Origin: Gaiellaceae bacterium
GTDB lineage: Bacteria; Actinomycetota; Thermoleophilia; Gaiellales; Gaiellaceae
Assembly: GCA_036006925.1 (NCBI GenBank)
Contig: DASYPH010000229.1
Span: 1 to 44,757, forward strand
Reading direction: 5' to 3'
DNA length: 44,757 nt
Positions 28,553-35,563 of this stretch are shown here, in pieces; within the stretch, counting starts at the first letter, position 1; each line of letters opens with the position of its first letter. A model generated the notes under the pieces. It saw nothing but the letters and a program-made list of their open reading frames with translations, was not told the origin of the DNA and searched no databases. Made by a program: the position numbers and the translations under genes.

Positions 28553-28700
28553 TCACCGAAGAAGCACCGGCTCGAAGTCGTTCGACCGCTCGGCGTACGC
28601 CCCGTCCGGGTCGTTCGTGTCCTTCGCGACCGACGCGCCGTACTTCCCCGCGACGCGCTCACCGGGTAAACGAACGTGTCGGTCTGGCGTGACGAACCCC
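28553..28700 (-). pseudogene. Possible C-terminal remnant of a gene (no start codon)
   Basis: The minus-strand frame reads ...PGERVAGKYGASVAKDTNDPDGAYAERSNDFEPVLLR* with strongly G/C-biased third positions. There is no ATG/GTG/TTG between the upstream TAG and the stop. Confidence 0.25.
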
Positions 28701-28704
28701 GCTC

Positions 28705-29097
28705 TTGACTAGGCTCTCGTGGCCGTCCGGCCCCGGGAAGGCGAGGCTGTTGACGGCGCAGGGACATCCGAGAGCGATCTTCAACCGGGCGATCGAGCGC
28801 GGCAACCTCCTGATCGCCGAGACCACCCTGCGCGAACTCGGACGGCCCACCCTCGGCGAGCTGCTCGAGCTCACAATCCTGATCGGGTTCAAGGACCCCC
28901 GCCGTTACCCCCGCGTCGCAGCGCGATGGCTCGTCCGGTACCTCGAGGCGCACGCTGAGGCGACGATCGACGACGCAGCATTCGCCGTCGCAGCCCTCGA
29001 GGCCGTCGCCGGCCCGAACAATTTGCACGCCGTGACGGCCCTTCGAAACATGGCCGAAAGAGCGTCTTCCGGTCGGCGTCGCCGCGGCGTGGCGTGA
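28705..29097 (+). CDS. Hypothetical helical protein
   Basis: 130 aa. The segment RAIFNRAIERGNLLIAETTLRELGRPTLGELLELTILIGFKDPRRYPRVAARWLVRYLE looks conserved. Start uncertain. Confidence 0.55.
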   Translation: MTRLSWPSGPGKARLLTAQGHPRAIFNRAIERGNLLIAETTLRELGRPTLGELLELTILIGFKDPRRYPRVAARWLVRYLEAHAEATIDDAAFAVAALEAVAGPNNLHAVTALRNMAERASSGRRRRGVA

Positions 29098-29574
29098 CGT
29101 CGGGCGGTGAGCACGACCTCGAGCGTCAATGTGGAGGCGTACGACGCGGAACGTAACTGGTCGTCGAAGCGCCCCTCACGGGGGCACGGTCGATCGTTCA
29201 GCCAACGGCGAACATGAACATCGCCGAGAACACGACGAACGCGTGACGTCCACGACGACAAACGGCCAGAGGCGACAGCGGCACGCCTCAACAGACTTCT
29301 CCAGGGCAAGAGCCGTTACAGCCTTCAGCTCACTGCCAGAGCCGGAGCGGAATCGGTTGGTCCGAAAGCCCCGCCTGGCCCGAAACCACCCTGCTGAGCG
29401 CCTGCTAGAACTCCGTGCGAGGTGTGCGCGGAGGTGTGCACACACCCGGCACGATCCCTGCCGGTCTGGGAGAGTTCGCACCCCGAGCTGGCCGCGGAGT
29501 TCGTCGACGGGCCGTTGAACGGTGTGCTCGAGAGGTCGAGCCGCTGTGATCGGCGTTGACGCTATACCTCCGTC

Positions 29575-30033
29575 GTGCAACACGCCCAGCACGCTGAGGA
29601 TTCACTGAACCGAGCGGCCGTTCAGGCGACGCTGCACTGTCTCACGGGTTGCGCGATCGGCGAAATCCTGGGGATGGTGATCGCAACCGCGCTCGCGTGG
29701 GGTAACGCGGCATCCATCGTCCTGTCGATAGCTCTCGCGTTCCTGTTCGGCTACGCGTTGACACTGGGGCCGATCCTGCGGGCAGGGATCCCTCTGCGAC
29801 GTGCCGTTGGCCTGACCTTCGCATCCGACACGCTTTCGATCACGACGATGGAGATCGTCGACAACGCCTTCATCCTCGCCGTTCCCGGCGCCCTCGCAGC
29901 TGGCCTGACCGACTCACTGTTTTGGTGGAGTCTCGGGCTCAGCCTGGTGATCGCTTTCGTGATCACGGTTCCCGTCAACCGGTGGCTGATCGCTCGCGGT
30001 CGCGGCCACGCCGTTGTTCACGGGCTGCACTAA
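29575..30033 (+). CDS. DUF4396-family integral membrane protein
   Basis: 152 aa. N-terminal ATLHCLTGCAIGE motif followed by 3-4 hydrophobic helices. GTG start without an obvious SD. Confidence 0.75.
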   Translation: MQHAQHAEDSLNRAAVQATLHCLTGCAIGEILGMVIATALAWGNAASIVLSIALAFLFGYALTLGPILRAGIPLRRAVGLTFASDTLSITTMEIVDNAFILAVPGALAAGLTDSLFWWSLGLSLVIAFVITVPVNRWLIARGRGHAVVHGLH

Positions 30034-30160
30034 CCCTCTGGAACCATCATGCGCCCCTCGAGGTCGAGCAGCTCTAATCTCGAGGGGCTACCCAGGGGCA
30101 CCACATCACAGGCCCGACCCAGTCAACCATGCGGTTTCCGGGTCGCCAAGCCGTGCAATA

Positions 30161-30234
30161 AGGGCCCGCCTGGATTCGAACCAGGGACCAACGAATTATG
30201 AGTTCGCTGCTCTAACCAGCTGAGCTACGGGCCC
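30161..30234 (-). tRNA. tRNA with CAT anticodon (elongator Met or lysidine-type Ile2; not initiator)
   Basis: The reverse complement GGGCCCGTAGCTCAGCTGGTTAGAGCAGCGAACTCATAATTCGTTGGTCCCTGGTTCGAATCCAGGCGGGCCC folds as a cloverleaf: 7-bp acceptor stem, GTTCGAATC T-loop, CTCATAA anticodon loop. No encoded CCA. Confidence 0.9.
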
Positions 30235-30269
30235 GGGATTGCGAGCGTACTCGTTAGACTGCGAGGCCG

Positions 30270-30722
30270 ATGAAGGTGTTCCAGGCGGAGCGGGAGTTCC
30301 AGACCAGCGGCGGGCTCCATGTCACCGATATCACCGCCGAGGTCGCCGAGATCGTTCGCGAGTCCGGAGTGGTCGACGGCATCTGCTGTGTCTACTCGCC
30401 CCACACGACGTGCTGCGTGCGCGTGAACGAGTATGAGCGGGGGATGTTCGAGGACTTCGGCACCTTGCTGCGCAGGCTCGTGCCGCACGAGACGTACTAC
30501 GCGCACGACGACTGGGATCGGCGCACCGAGAATATCTGCGAAGAGGACAAGGAGCAGGCGAACGGGCACGCACATTGCATGTCGATGATCCTCGGCTCGG
30601 CCGGCGAGTCGATTCCCGTCGGCGACGGCGAACTAGCGCTCGGCACCTGGCAGCGCGTGCTGTTCATCGAGCTCGACCGGTCCCGTCCGCGCCGCTGGCT
30701 CTGCAAGGTCGTCGGCTCGTAG
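30270..30722 (+). CDS. yjbQ: YjbQ/UPF0047 family protein (secondary thiamine-phosphate synthase-like)
   Basis: 150 aa. HTTCCVRVNE, NGHAHCMSMILG and LGTWQRVLFIELD are characteristic UPF0047 motifs. Confidence 0.88.
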   Translation: MKVFQAEREFQTSGGLHVTDITAEVAEIVRESGVVDGICCVYSPHTTCCVRVNEYERGMFEDFGTLLRRLVPHETYYAHDDWDRRTENICEEDKEQANGHAHCMSMILGSAGESIPVGDGELALGTWQRVLFIELDRSRPRRWLCKVVGS

Positions 30723-30744
30723 GCGTACGCCGCGCGACCCGCCG

Positions 30745-30774
30745 TGTCTGACAGGAGTCAGACATGTGTCTGAC
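30745..30774. repeat. Palindromic repeat cluster 1: TGTCTGAC-agga-GTCAGACA-tg-TGTCTGAC
   Basis: Three alternating copies of an 8-mer, capable of two mutually exclusive hairpins. Starts 23 nt after the yjbQ stop, so it probably also acts as a terminator. Confidence 0.7.
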
Positions 30775-30928
30775 ACACAGCTTTGCGCCACCTTCGCGAC
30801 GTCTTCGTGACGGCTGTCTGGCGATCGCGCTCTGGAAGCGCCCTCGGGAAACGTGTGACGGACCGTCCACACGCGTCCGGACCGGCCAGGCGACCGCTCG
30901 GGCTCCCCCGGCCTCGCAGTGGCCCGAT

Positions 30929-30961
30929 GAGTCAGACGTGAGTCTGACTCGAGTCAGACTC
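30929..30961. repeat. Palindromic repeat cluster 2: GAGTCAGAC-gtga-GTCTGACTC-GAGTCAGACTC
   Basis: Three alternating copies of the same GTCAGAC/GTCTGAC core. 30940-30961 is a perfect 22-bp palindrome. Located 21 nt downstream of the sigma-factor stop, so it probably also acts as a terminator. Confidence 0.7.
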
Positions 30962-30981
30962 GTGGTTCACCGCTCGGGCGG

Positions 30982-32022
30982 TCAAGCAGCCTTGATCGCT
31001 GCGAGCTCACGACGCTCGGCGAGGCGCCGTAGCGCTTCGGCCTCGAGCTGGCGGACGCGCTCGCGGGTGATGCCGAGGATCCGCCCGATTTCCTCGAGCG
31101 ACTTCGGCTCCTCGGTCCCGTCGAGGCCGTAGCGCAGCCGCAGGATGCGCTGGTCGCGGTCCGACAGCTCGGCGATCGCTGCGTAGAGCGCGTCCTCCGT
31201 CAGCTGAACCTCGACCTGCTCGTCTGGTGTCGCTTCCGGGCTCGCGAACAGATCGCCGTAGGCCATCGAGTCGTCCTCTCCGACCGGACGATCGAGAGAT
31301 GCGACGGCACGCGCCGCGACACGCACCTCCTGCACCTGCTTGAGCGGAAGCTTCGCCTGCTCGGCTACCTCTTCGTCGGTCGGGGCGCGCTCGAGTGTTG
31401 CGACCAGCTCGCGCTCGGCGCGCGACATCCGCTGCTCACGCTCGACGATGTGCACCGGAATCCGGATCGTGCGCGCCTTGTTCGCAACCCCGCGCTGCAC
31501 CGCCTGCCGGATCCACCACGTCGCGTACGTCGAGAACTTGAAGCCCTTGCGCCAGTCGAACTTCTCGGCGGCACGAATGAGACCGATGATCCCTTCCTGA
31601 ATCAGGTCGAGCAGCGTCAGACCATGCCCCTGGTACTTCTTGGCGATCGAGACGACCAGGCGGAGGTTCGAGTTGACGAGCAGATCCTTCGCCGGCTTGT
31701 CGCCGTCCTCGATCCGCTTCGCGAGCTCCACCTCCTGCGCCGCAGTGAGCAGCGGATAGCGGCCCGCCTCGTTCAGGAACAGCTGTAGCGAGTCGATCGT
31801 CGCTGCGGCCATCTGCGGGTTGGTGTACGTGACGTCTTCCTCGATCGCACGCGAACAGTCGTCGGTCAACTCGATGCCGTGCGTCTCGAGCCGCTCGAGC
31901 AGCGCGTCCATCTCTTCCTCCTCGAGTTCGACCTTCTGCGCAAGCTCGTGGAGCTCGGTCATGTGGACGCAGCCGTGCTCGTCGCCGTGCTCGAGAAGAA
32001 TCGCGATCGGGTCGACCGTCAT
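30982..32022 (-). CDS. RNA polymerase sigma factor, RpoD family (group 1/2), short N-terminus
   Basis: 346 aa. Region 1.2 (LQLFLNEAGRYPLLTAAQEVELAKRIEDGD), region 2 (LIQEGIIGLIRAAEKFDWRKGFKFSTYATWWIRQAV), region 3 and region 4.2 (SLEEIGRILGITRERVRQLEAEALRRL). Confidence 0.93.
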   Translation of the reverse strand: MTVDPIAILLEHGDEHGCVHMTELHELAQKVELEEEEMDALLERLETHGIELTDDCSRAIEEDVTYTNPQMAAATIDSLQLFLNEAGRYPLLTAAQEVELAKRIEDGDKPAKDLLVNSNLRLVVSIAKKYQGHGLTLLDLIQEGIIGLIRAAEKFDWRKGFKFSTYATWWIRQAVQRGVANKARTIRIPVHIVEREQRMSRAERELVATLERAPTDEEVAEQAKLPLKQVQEVRVAARAVASLDRPVGEDDSMAYGDLFASPEATPDEQVEVQLTEDALYAAIAELSDRDQRILRLRYGLDGTEEPKSLEEIGRILGITRERVRQLEAEALRRLAERRELAAIKAA

Positions 32023-32131
32023 CGCCCTCAGCTACCCCAGTCGTCGCGTCTGTAACCGCGAGACCGATTGACATTTGAGGGAATCCTTACACCACGGGAA
32101 GCCGTGGTTCATCCCCTTCGGGAATCGTGCC

Positions 32132-32257
32132 ATGGTGAAGCTCCACCCCGCCCCGCCGATGCCCGACTCCGCGACCGGAATCGCGGCCTGGATCTGGCTC
32201 GTACTGGCGATCTGCGTGATCGTCGCCTGGGCGTACGTGCTCACCTCTCGCCGCTGA
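32132..32257 (+). CDS. Possible 41-aa single-pass membrane peptide
   Basis: ATG 32132: MVKLHPAPPMPDSATGIAAWIWLVLAICVIVAWAYVLTSRR. One clear hydrophobic helix. No further support. Confidence 0.3.
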   Translation: MVKLHPAPPMPDSATGIAAWIWLVLAICVIVAWAYVLTSRR

Positions 32258-32288
32258 CCCGCGCCCCGTAGGCGTTACCATCGGCGGC

Positions 32289-32729
32289 ATGTGGTGGCTC
32301 CTCATACCGCTCATCGTGATCTCCGTGGTGCTGCTCTTCTTCGGGCTGCTCGTCTTCCTCGGGCGCTTCAGGAACGGTGCGCTCCTCCGCCCGTTGGTCA
32401 CGAGCCTGTCCCGGATCGGGTTCATGCGGCGGTTCTTCACCAACATCTCGACGAAGGCGATCGAGCGTCAGAACCCCGAACTCGCAGGAGCGATCAAGAA
32501 GATGAACACCGTGGCATCGAACCCGAATCCTCAGGCGATGCAGAAGGCGATGAGCCGTTTGACACCTGCCGAGCGACGCGCGTATATGGAGGCGGCACAG
32601 GAACAGGGCGGCGTGCCCGACACCGCGAACCGGCAGATGCGCCGCCAGGCCGAACGGCTGCAGCAGCAGAGCCGCGGCGGCCGCCCGGGCGGCGGCGGCA
32701 CCGCCGGCCGCAAGCGCAAACGCAAGTAG
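32289..32729 (+). CDS. Membrane-anchored hypothetical protein with a basic C-terminal tail
   Basis: 146 aa. N-terminal TM helix (WWLLIPLIVISVVLLFFGLLVFL), a helical middle and a C-terminal RGGRPGGGGTAGRKRKRK tail. Confidence 0.6.
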   Translation: MWWLLIPLIVISVVLLFFGLLVFLGRFRNGALLRPLVTSLSRIGFMRRFFTNISTKAIERQNPELAGAIKKMNTVASNPNPQAMQKAMSRLTPAERRAYMEAAQEQGGVPDTANRQMRRQAERLQQQSRGGRPGGGGTAGRKRKRK

Positions 32730-32782
32730 CAGCATCTAGCAACATCCTGATCACGACCCTTGTGTCGTGAGCGACCGGCGAG

Positions 32783-34405
32783 TTGGATGGAGCGATGATC
32801 CGTCCACGACAGGTCGTCGGCGCGCTCGCCGTCGCCGCCCGAAACGCTGACATCCGGCGCGCCGAGCTGGCCTGGGGAGCATCGGTTGCCGCTGAGTGGG
32901 CGCACTTCGTCGCTCTGGGCGTCTTCGCGTACGACCGTGGCGGTGCGTCCGCGGTCGGAGTAGCGGGCCTCGTCCGGCTGCTGCCGGCCGCGGTGATCGC
33001 GCCGTTCGCAGCCACGCTCGGCGATCGCTTCCGTCGAGAGCGGTTCCTGCTCGTCGTCTCGTTGGGCGGTGCGGCAGCGCTCGCCGTCTCGGCGCTCGGC
33101 GCGCACGCTGGAAGTCAGATCGTCGTCCTCGGTGCCGCGGCCGGAGTCGGCGTCTCGTCCACGCTCTTTCGGCCTGCGCTCCAGGCGCTCCTCCCGTCGC
33201 TCGCGCGGACGCCCGCGGAGCTGATCGCCTCGAACGGCGCGACCTCCACGATCGAGAGCCTCGGCACGCTGATCGGGCCACTCGTCGCCGGCGTGCTCGT
33301 CGCGACCTCCGGCGTCGGCACCGTGTTCGCGATCGGAGCAGGCGCGCTGCTCTTCTCGGCGGCACTGCTGGCTCTGATCTCGGTCGACGGCCGCATGACT
33401 CCGGCAGTCGAGCGGCCCAATCTGATCCTGCAGGGCTTCCGCACGATCGCCGACGTTCCCCGTGCGAGGCTACTCGTCGCCCTGATCGCGGCACAGGCGT
33501 TCGTTCGCGGCTGCCTGAACGTGTTGATCGTCGTCGCCGCCTACGAGGTGCTCGACGGCGGGGCAGCGGAGGTCGGCTATCTGACCGCGGCGATTGGCGC
33601 CGGCGGCCTCCTCGGTGCGTTCGGAGCGGTCGGGCTCGGAGGTAGCCGGCTTGCAGCGCCGTTCGGTTGGTCGCTGATCTTCTGGGGCGCACCGATCATG
33701 CTGATCGCACCCTCGCCGTATCTCGCCACGGCAATCCTGCTGCTCGCGATCGTCGGTGCCGCCAACAGCGTCGAAGACGTCGCCGCGTTCACGCTCGTCC
33801 AGCGCGTGATTCCCGACGACGTACTCGCACGCGTGCTCGGCGTGGTCTGGGGTCTGGCGATGGGAGCGGTCGCACTTGGCTCGGTTGCCGCGACCGGAAT
33901 CGTCCAGGTCACCGGCGTGCGGCTGGCGTTCCTGGCGGTCGGGGCGATCTTGCCGATCCTCTCCGTGCTCTCCTATCGCCGGCTGCTCGAGCTCGATGCG
34001 GCGGTGCCGGCCGCACCCCAACTCGCGCTCGTCGAGGGTGTGCCGATGTTCGCTCCGCTCTCGCTGGCAGCGAAGGAGCGCATCGCCTCGCTGCTCGTTC
34101 GCACGGCCGTCCACGCCGGCGATGTCGTGATCCGCGCCGGCGATGTGGGCGACCGCTTCTACATCGTCGAAGCGGGCGCACTGGTCGTCGAGACGTCCGA
34201 GCGGCAGACGACAGTCGGCCCTGGCGGCTTCTTCGGCGAGATCGCGCTGCTTCGCGACGTTCCGCGGACCGCAACCGTACGGGCGACAGCCGAAACCGGG
34301 TTGTACGCACTGCGTCGGGACGCGTTCCTCGCAGCGGTGACCGGCCACTCGGTCGCACACACCGAGGCGCACGCCGTCGCAACGGCACGTCTGGCAGAGG
34401 GCTGA
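32783..34405 (+). CDS. MFS transporter fused to a C-terminal cyclic-nucleotide-binding domain
   Basis: 540 aa. About 12 hydrophobic helices of the same MFS subfamily as 4899-6143. Then VPMFAPLS...GDRFYIVEAG...FFGEIALLRDVPRTATVRA, a canonical cNMP phosphate-binding cassette. Start is TTG 32783 or ATG 32795. Confidence 0.85.
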   Translation: MDGAMIRPRQVVGALAVAARNADIRRAELAWGASVAAEWAHFVALGVFAYDRGGASAVGVAGLVRLLPAAVIAPFAATLGDRFRRERFLLVVSLGGAAALAVSALGAHAGSQIVVLGAAAGVGVSSTLFRPALQALLPSLARTPAELIASNGATSTIESLGTLIGPLVAGVLVATSGVGTVFAIGAGALLFSAALLALISVDGRMTPAVERPNLILQGFRTIADVPRARLLVALIAAQAFVRGCLNVLIVVAAYEVLDGGAAEVGYLTAAIGAGGLLGAFGAVGLGGSRLAAPFGWSLIFWGAPIMLIAPSPYLATAILLLAIVGAANSVEDVAAFTLVQRVIPDDVLARVLGVVWGLAMGAVALGSVAATGIVQVTGVRLAFLAVGAILPILSVLSYRRLLELDAAVPAAPQLALVEGVPMFAPLSLAAKERIASLLVRTAVHAGDVVIRAGDVGDRFYIVEAGALVVETSERQTTVGPGGFFGEIALLRDVPRTATVRATAETGLYALRRDAFLAAVTGHSVAHTEAHAVATARLAEG

Positions 34406-34851
34406 TGACCACGGCGGAGCTCGACGGCCTGTTGAATGCCCACGCCTACCTCCGCGTCGAGCGGCCACCGTCGCTGTGGGCTCCCCAGTCGGAGCTCGAG
34501 CCGTTCGTTCGGATGCTCGGCGAGCTGATCGTGGTGGGGCTGCTCAGGAACGGCAACGTGCTCGGGGAGCTGACGCTCAACGTCTCGAACGTCGTGGTCG
34601 AGCCTGCGTCGGCGGGGCCGATGCCGGCCGGAGCCTTCGTCGCGGTGACGATTCGCGGCCGGGGCGACTGGTCGCCCGAAACCACGTGGCCGGCGTCCGC
34701 CACCACAGGAAGCGGCCTGGAGTCGGCGCAAGCAGCCGCGCACGTGGCGGGCGCGGTCTACCTCTACAGCCGAGTGCTCGGCGACGACGACGGCTCGGTC
34801 ACGGTACTGCTGCCGACGAACAGCGGGCAGTCGTCGAGCGAGGGGCACTGA
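34405..34851 (+). CDS. Hypothetical protein coupled to the MFS-cNMP gene
   Basis: 148 aa. The ATG overlaps the upstream TGA by 1 nt (TGATG). No recognised motif. The 3' end overlaps the MerR 3' end convergently by 88 nt. Confidence 0.5.
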   Translation: MTTAELDGLLNAHAYLRVERPPSLWAPQSELEPFVRMLGELIVVGLLRNGNVLGELTLNVSNVVVEPASAGPMPAGAFVAVTIRGRGDWSPETTWPASATTGSGLESAQAAAHVAGAVYLYSRVLGDDDGSVTVLLPTNSGQSSSEGH

Positions 34852-35183
34852 CACGCCGCCGCGGCTTCGAGCCAGCGCTGTACGTGGCGTGCTCGTTCGA
34901 CCTGCAGCGCGATCTCCGGCAGCTTCCGCTCGGCGATCGCGCGCAACCGCTCGATCGACGCGCCGTCGTCCAACGATGCCCCGAGCAGTACCCTGATCTC
35001 GTCGAGGGACAGGCCGGCATGCTGCGCGGTGTCGATCACCGCGAGCGTGCGGATCGACTGCTCGTCGTAGCTGCGCCGACCGCTCACCCGCGGCGGTGGT
35101 GGAAGCAGGCCGACCTCCTCGTAGTAGCGGATCGCGGAGGCCGCCCTGCCGGTGCGCGCCGCGAGCTCTCCGATCGTCAGCAG
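34764..35183 (-). CDS. MerR-family transcriptional regulator (start codon uncertain, possibly CTG)
   Basis: The in-frame HTH LLTIGELAARTGRAASAIRYYEEVGLLPPP lies upstream of the first canonical start (GTG 35087). The only plausible initiators are CTG at 35183/35180. The C-terminal region has a CQCPSLDDC cysteine cluster. Confidence 0.72.
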   Translation of the reverse strand: MLTIGELAARTGRAASAIRYYEEVGLLPPPPRVSGRRSYDEQSIRTLAVIDTAQHAGLSLDEIRVLLGASLDDGASIERLRAIAERKLPEIALQVERARHVQRWLEAAAACQCPSLDDCPLFVGSSTVTEPSSSPSTRL

Positions 35184-35193
35184 CCGGTCGCCC

Positions 35194-35224
35194 TTGACAT
35201 CAAGTCGACTTGAACTTGCATGCT
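35194..35224 (+). promoter_or_regulatory. MerR-type promoter/operator: TTGACA - 19-nt spacer containing the 14-bp palindrome TCAAGTCGACTTGA - CATGCT
   Basis: TTGACA at 35194-35199, perfect palindrome at 35200-35213, -10-like CATGCT at 35219-35224. The 19-nt spacer is the hallmark of MerR-activated promoters. A GAGGAGG RBS and the ATG at 35258 follow. Confidence 0.5.
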
Positions 35225-35257
35225 GTGAACGCTACCCACCACGAGGAGGTCGACGAG

Positions 35258-35554
35258 ATGACCGAGACCCCGATCGCATGCACGCTCGGCGCGAACGACC
35301 TGGCGGCGCTGGCCCAGCGCTGGCGCACCATCCGGAGGGAGGCGGGACTGGGACGGCAGACGACACGCGAGGGGTTGCGGCTGGAGTTTCGGGCCGCCGC
35401 GGGCGTCGAGGACGAGCTCCGCGCGCTCGTCGCGGTCGAGAGCGAGTGTTGTGCATGGGCGACGTGGAACGTCGAACGTCAAGCAGAGCGGCTGTCGGTC
35501 GTCGTCGCCTCGAGCGGCGAGGGCGTCGTCGTCCTGCACGGCATGTTCGCCTGA
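35258..35554 (+). CDS. Hypothetical protein with a conserved-looking CC motif, divergent from MerR
   Basis: 98 aa from ATG 35258 (GAGGAGG 8 nt upstream): MTETPIACTLGANDL...LVAVESECCAWATW. The track ORF start at 35210 lies inside the operator and is less likely. Confidence 0.6.
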   Translation: MTETPIACTLGANDLAALAQRWRTIRREAGLGRQTTREGLRLEFRAAAGVEDELRALVAVESECCAWATWNVERQAERLSVVVASSGEGVVVLHGMFA

Positions 35555-35563
35555 CCCCGTAGG

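Noticed and set aside
26444-30234. tRNA-adjacent stretch of small secreted/hypothetical genes considered as a genomic island or integrated element
   Set aside because: I could find no integrase, recombinase, transposase or phage gene, and no direct repeat of the tRNA 3' end. There is only lower coding density and a gene remnant, so no mobile_element call is made.
30764-31132. 122-aa ORF starting at an AGGAG-6nt-ATG inside repeat cluster 1
   Set aside because: Its sequence is Arg/Ser/Pro-rich and its second half is antisense to the sigma-factor gene. The SD-ATG is most likely a by-product of the palindromic repeat.
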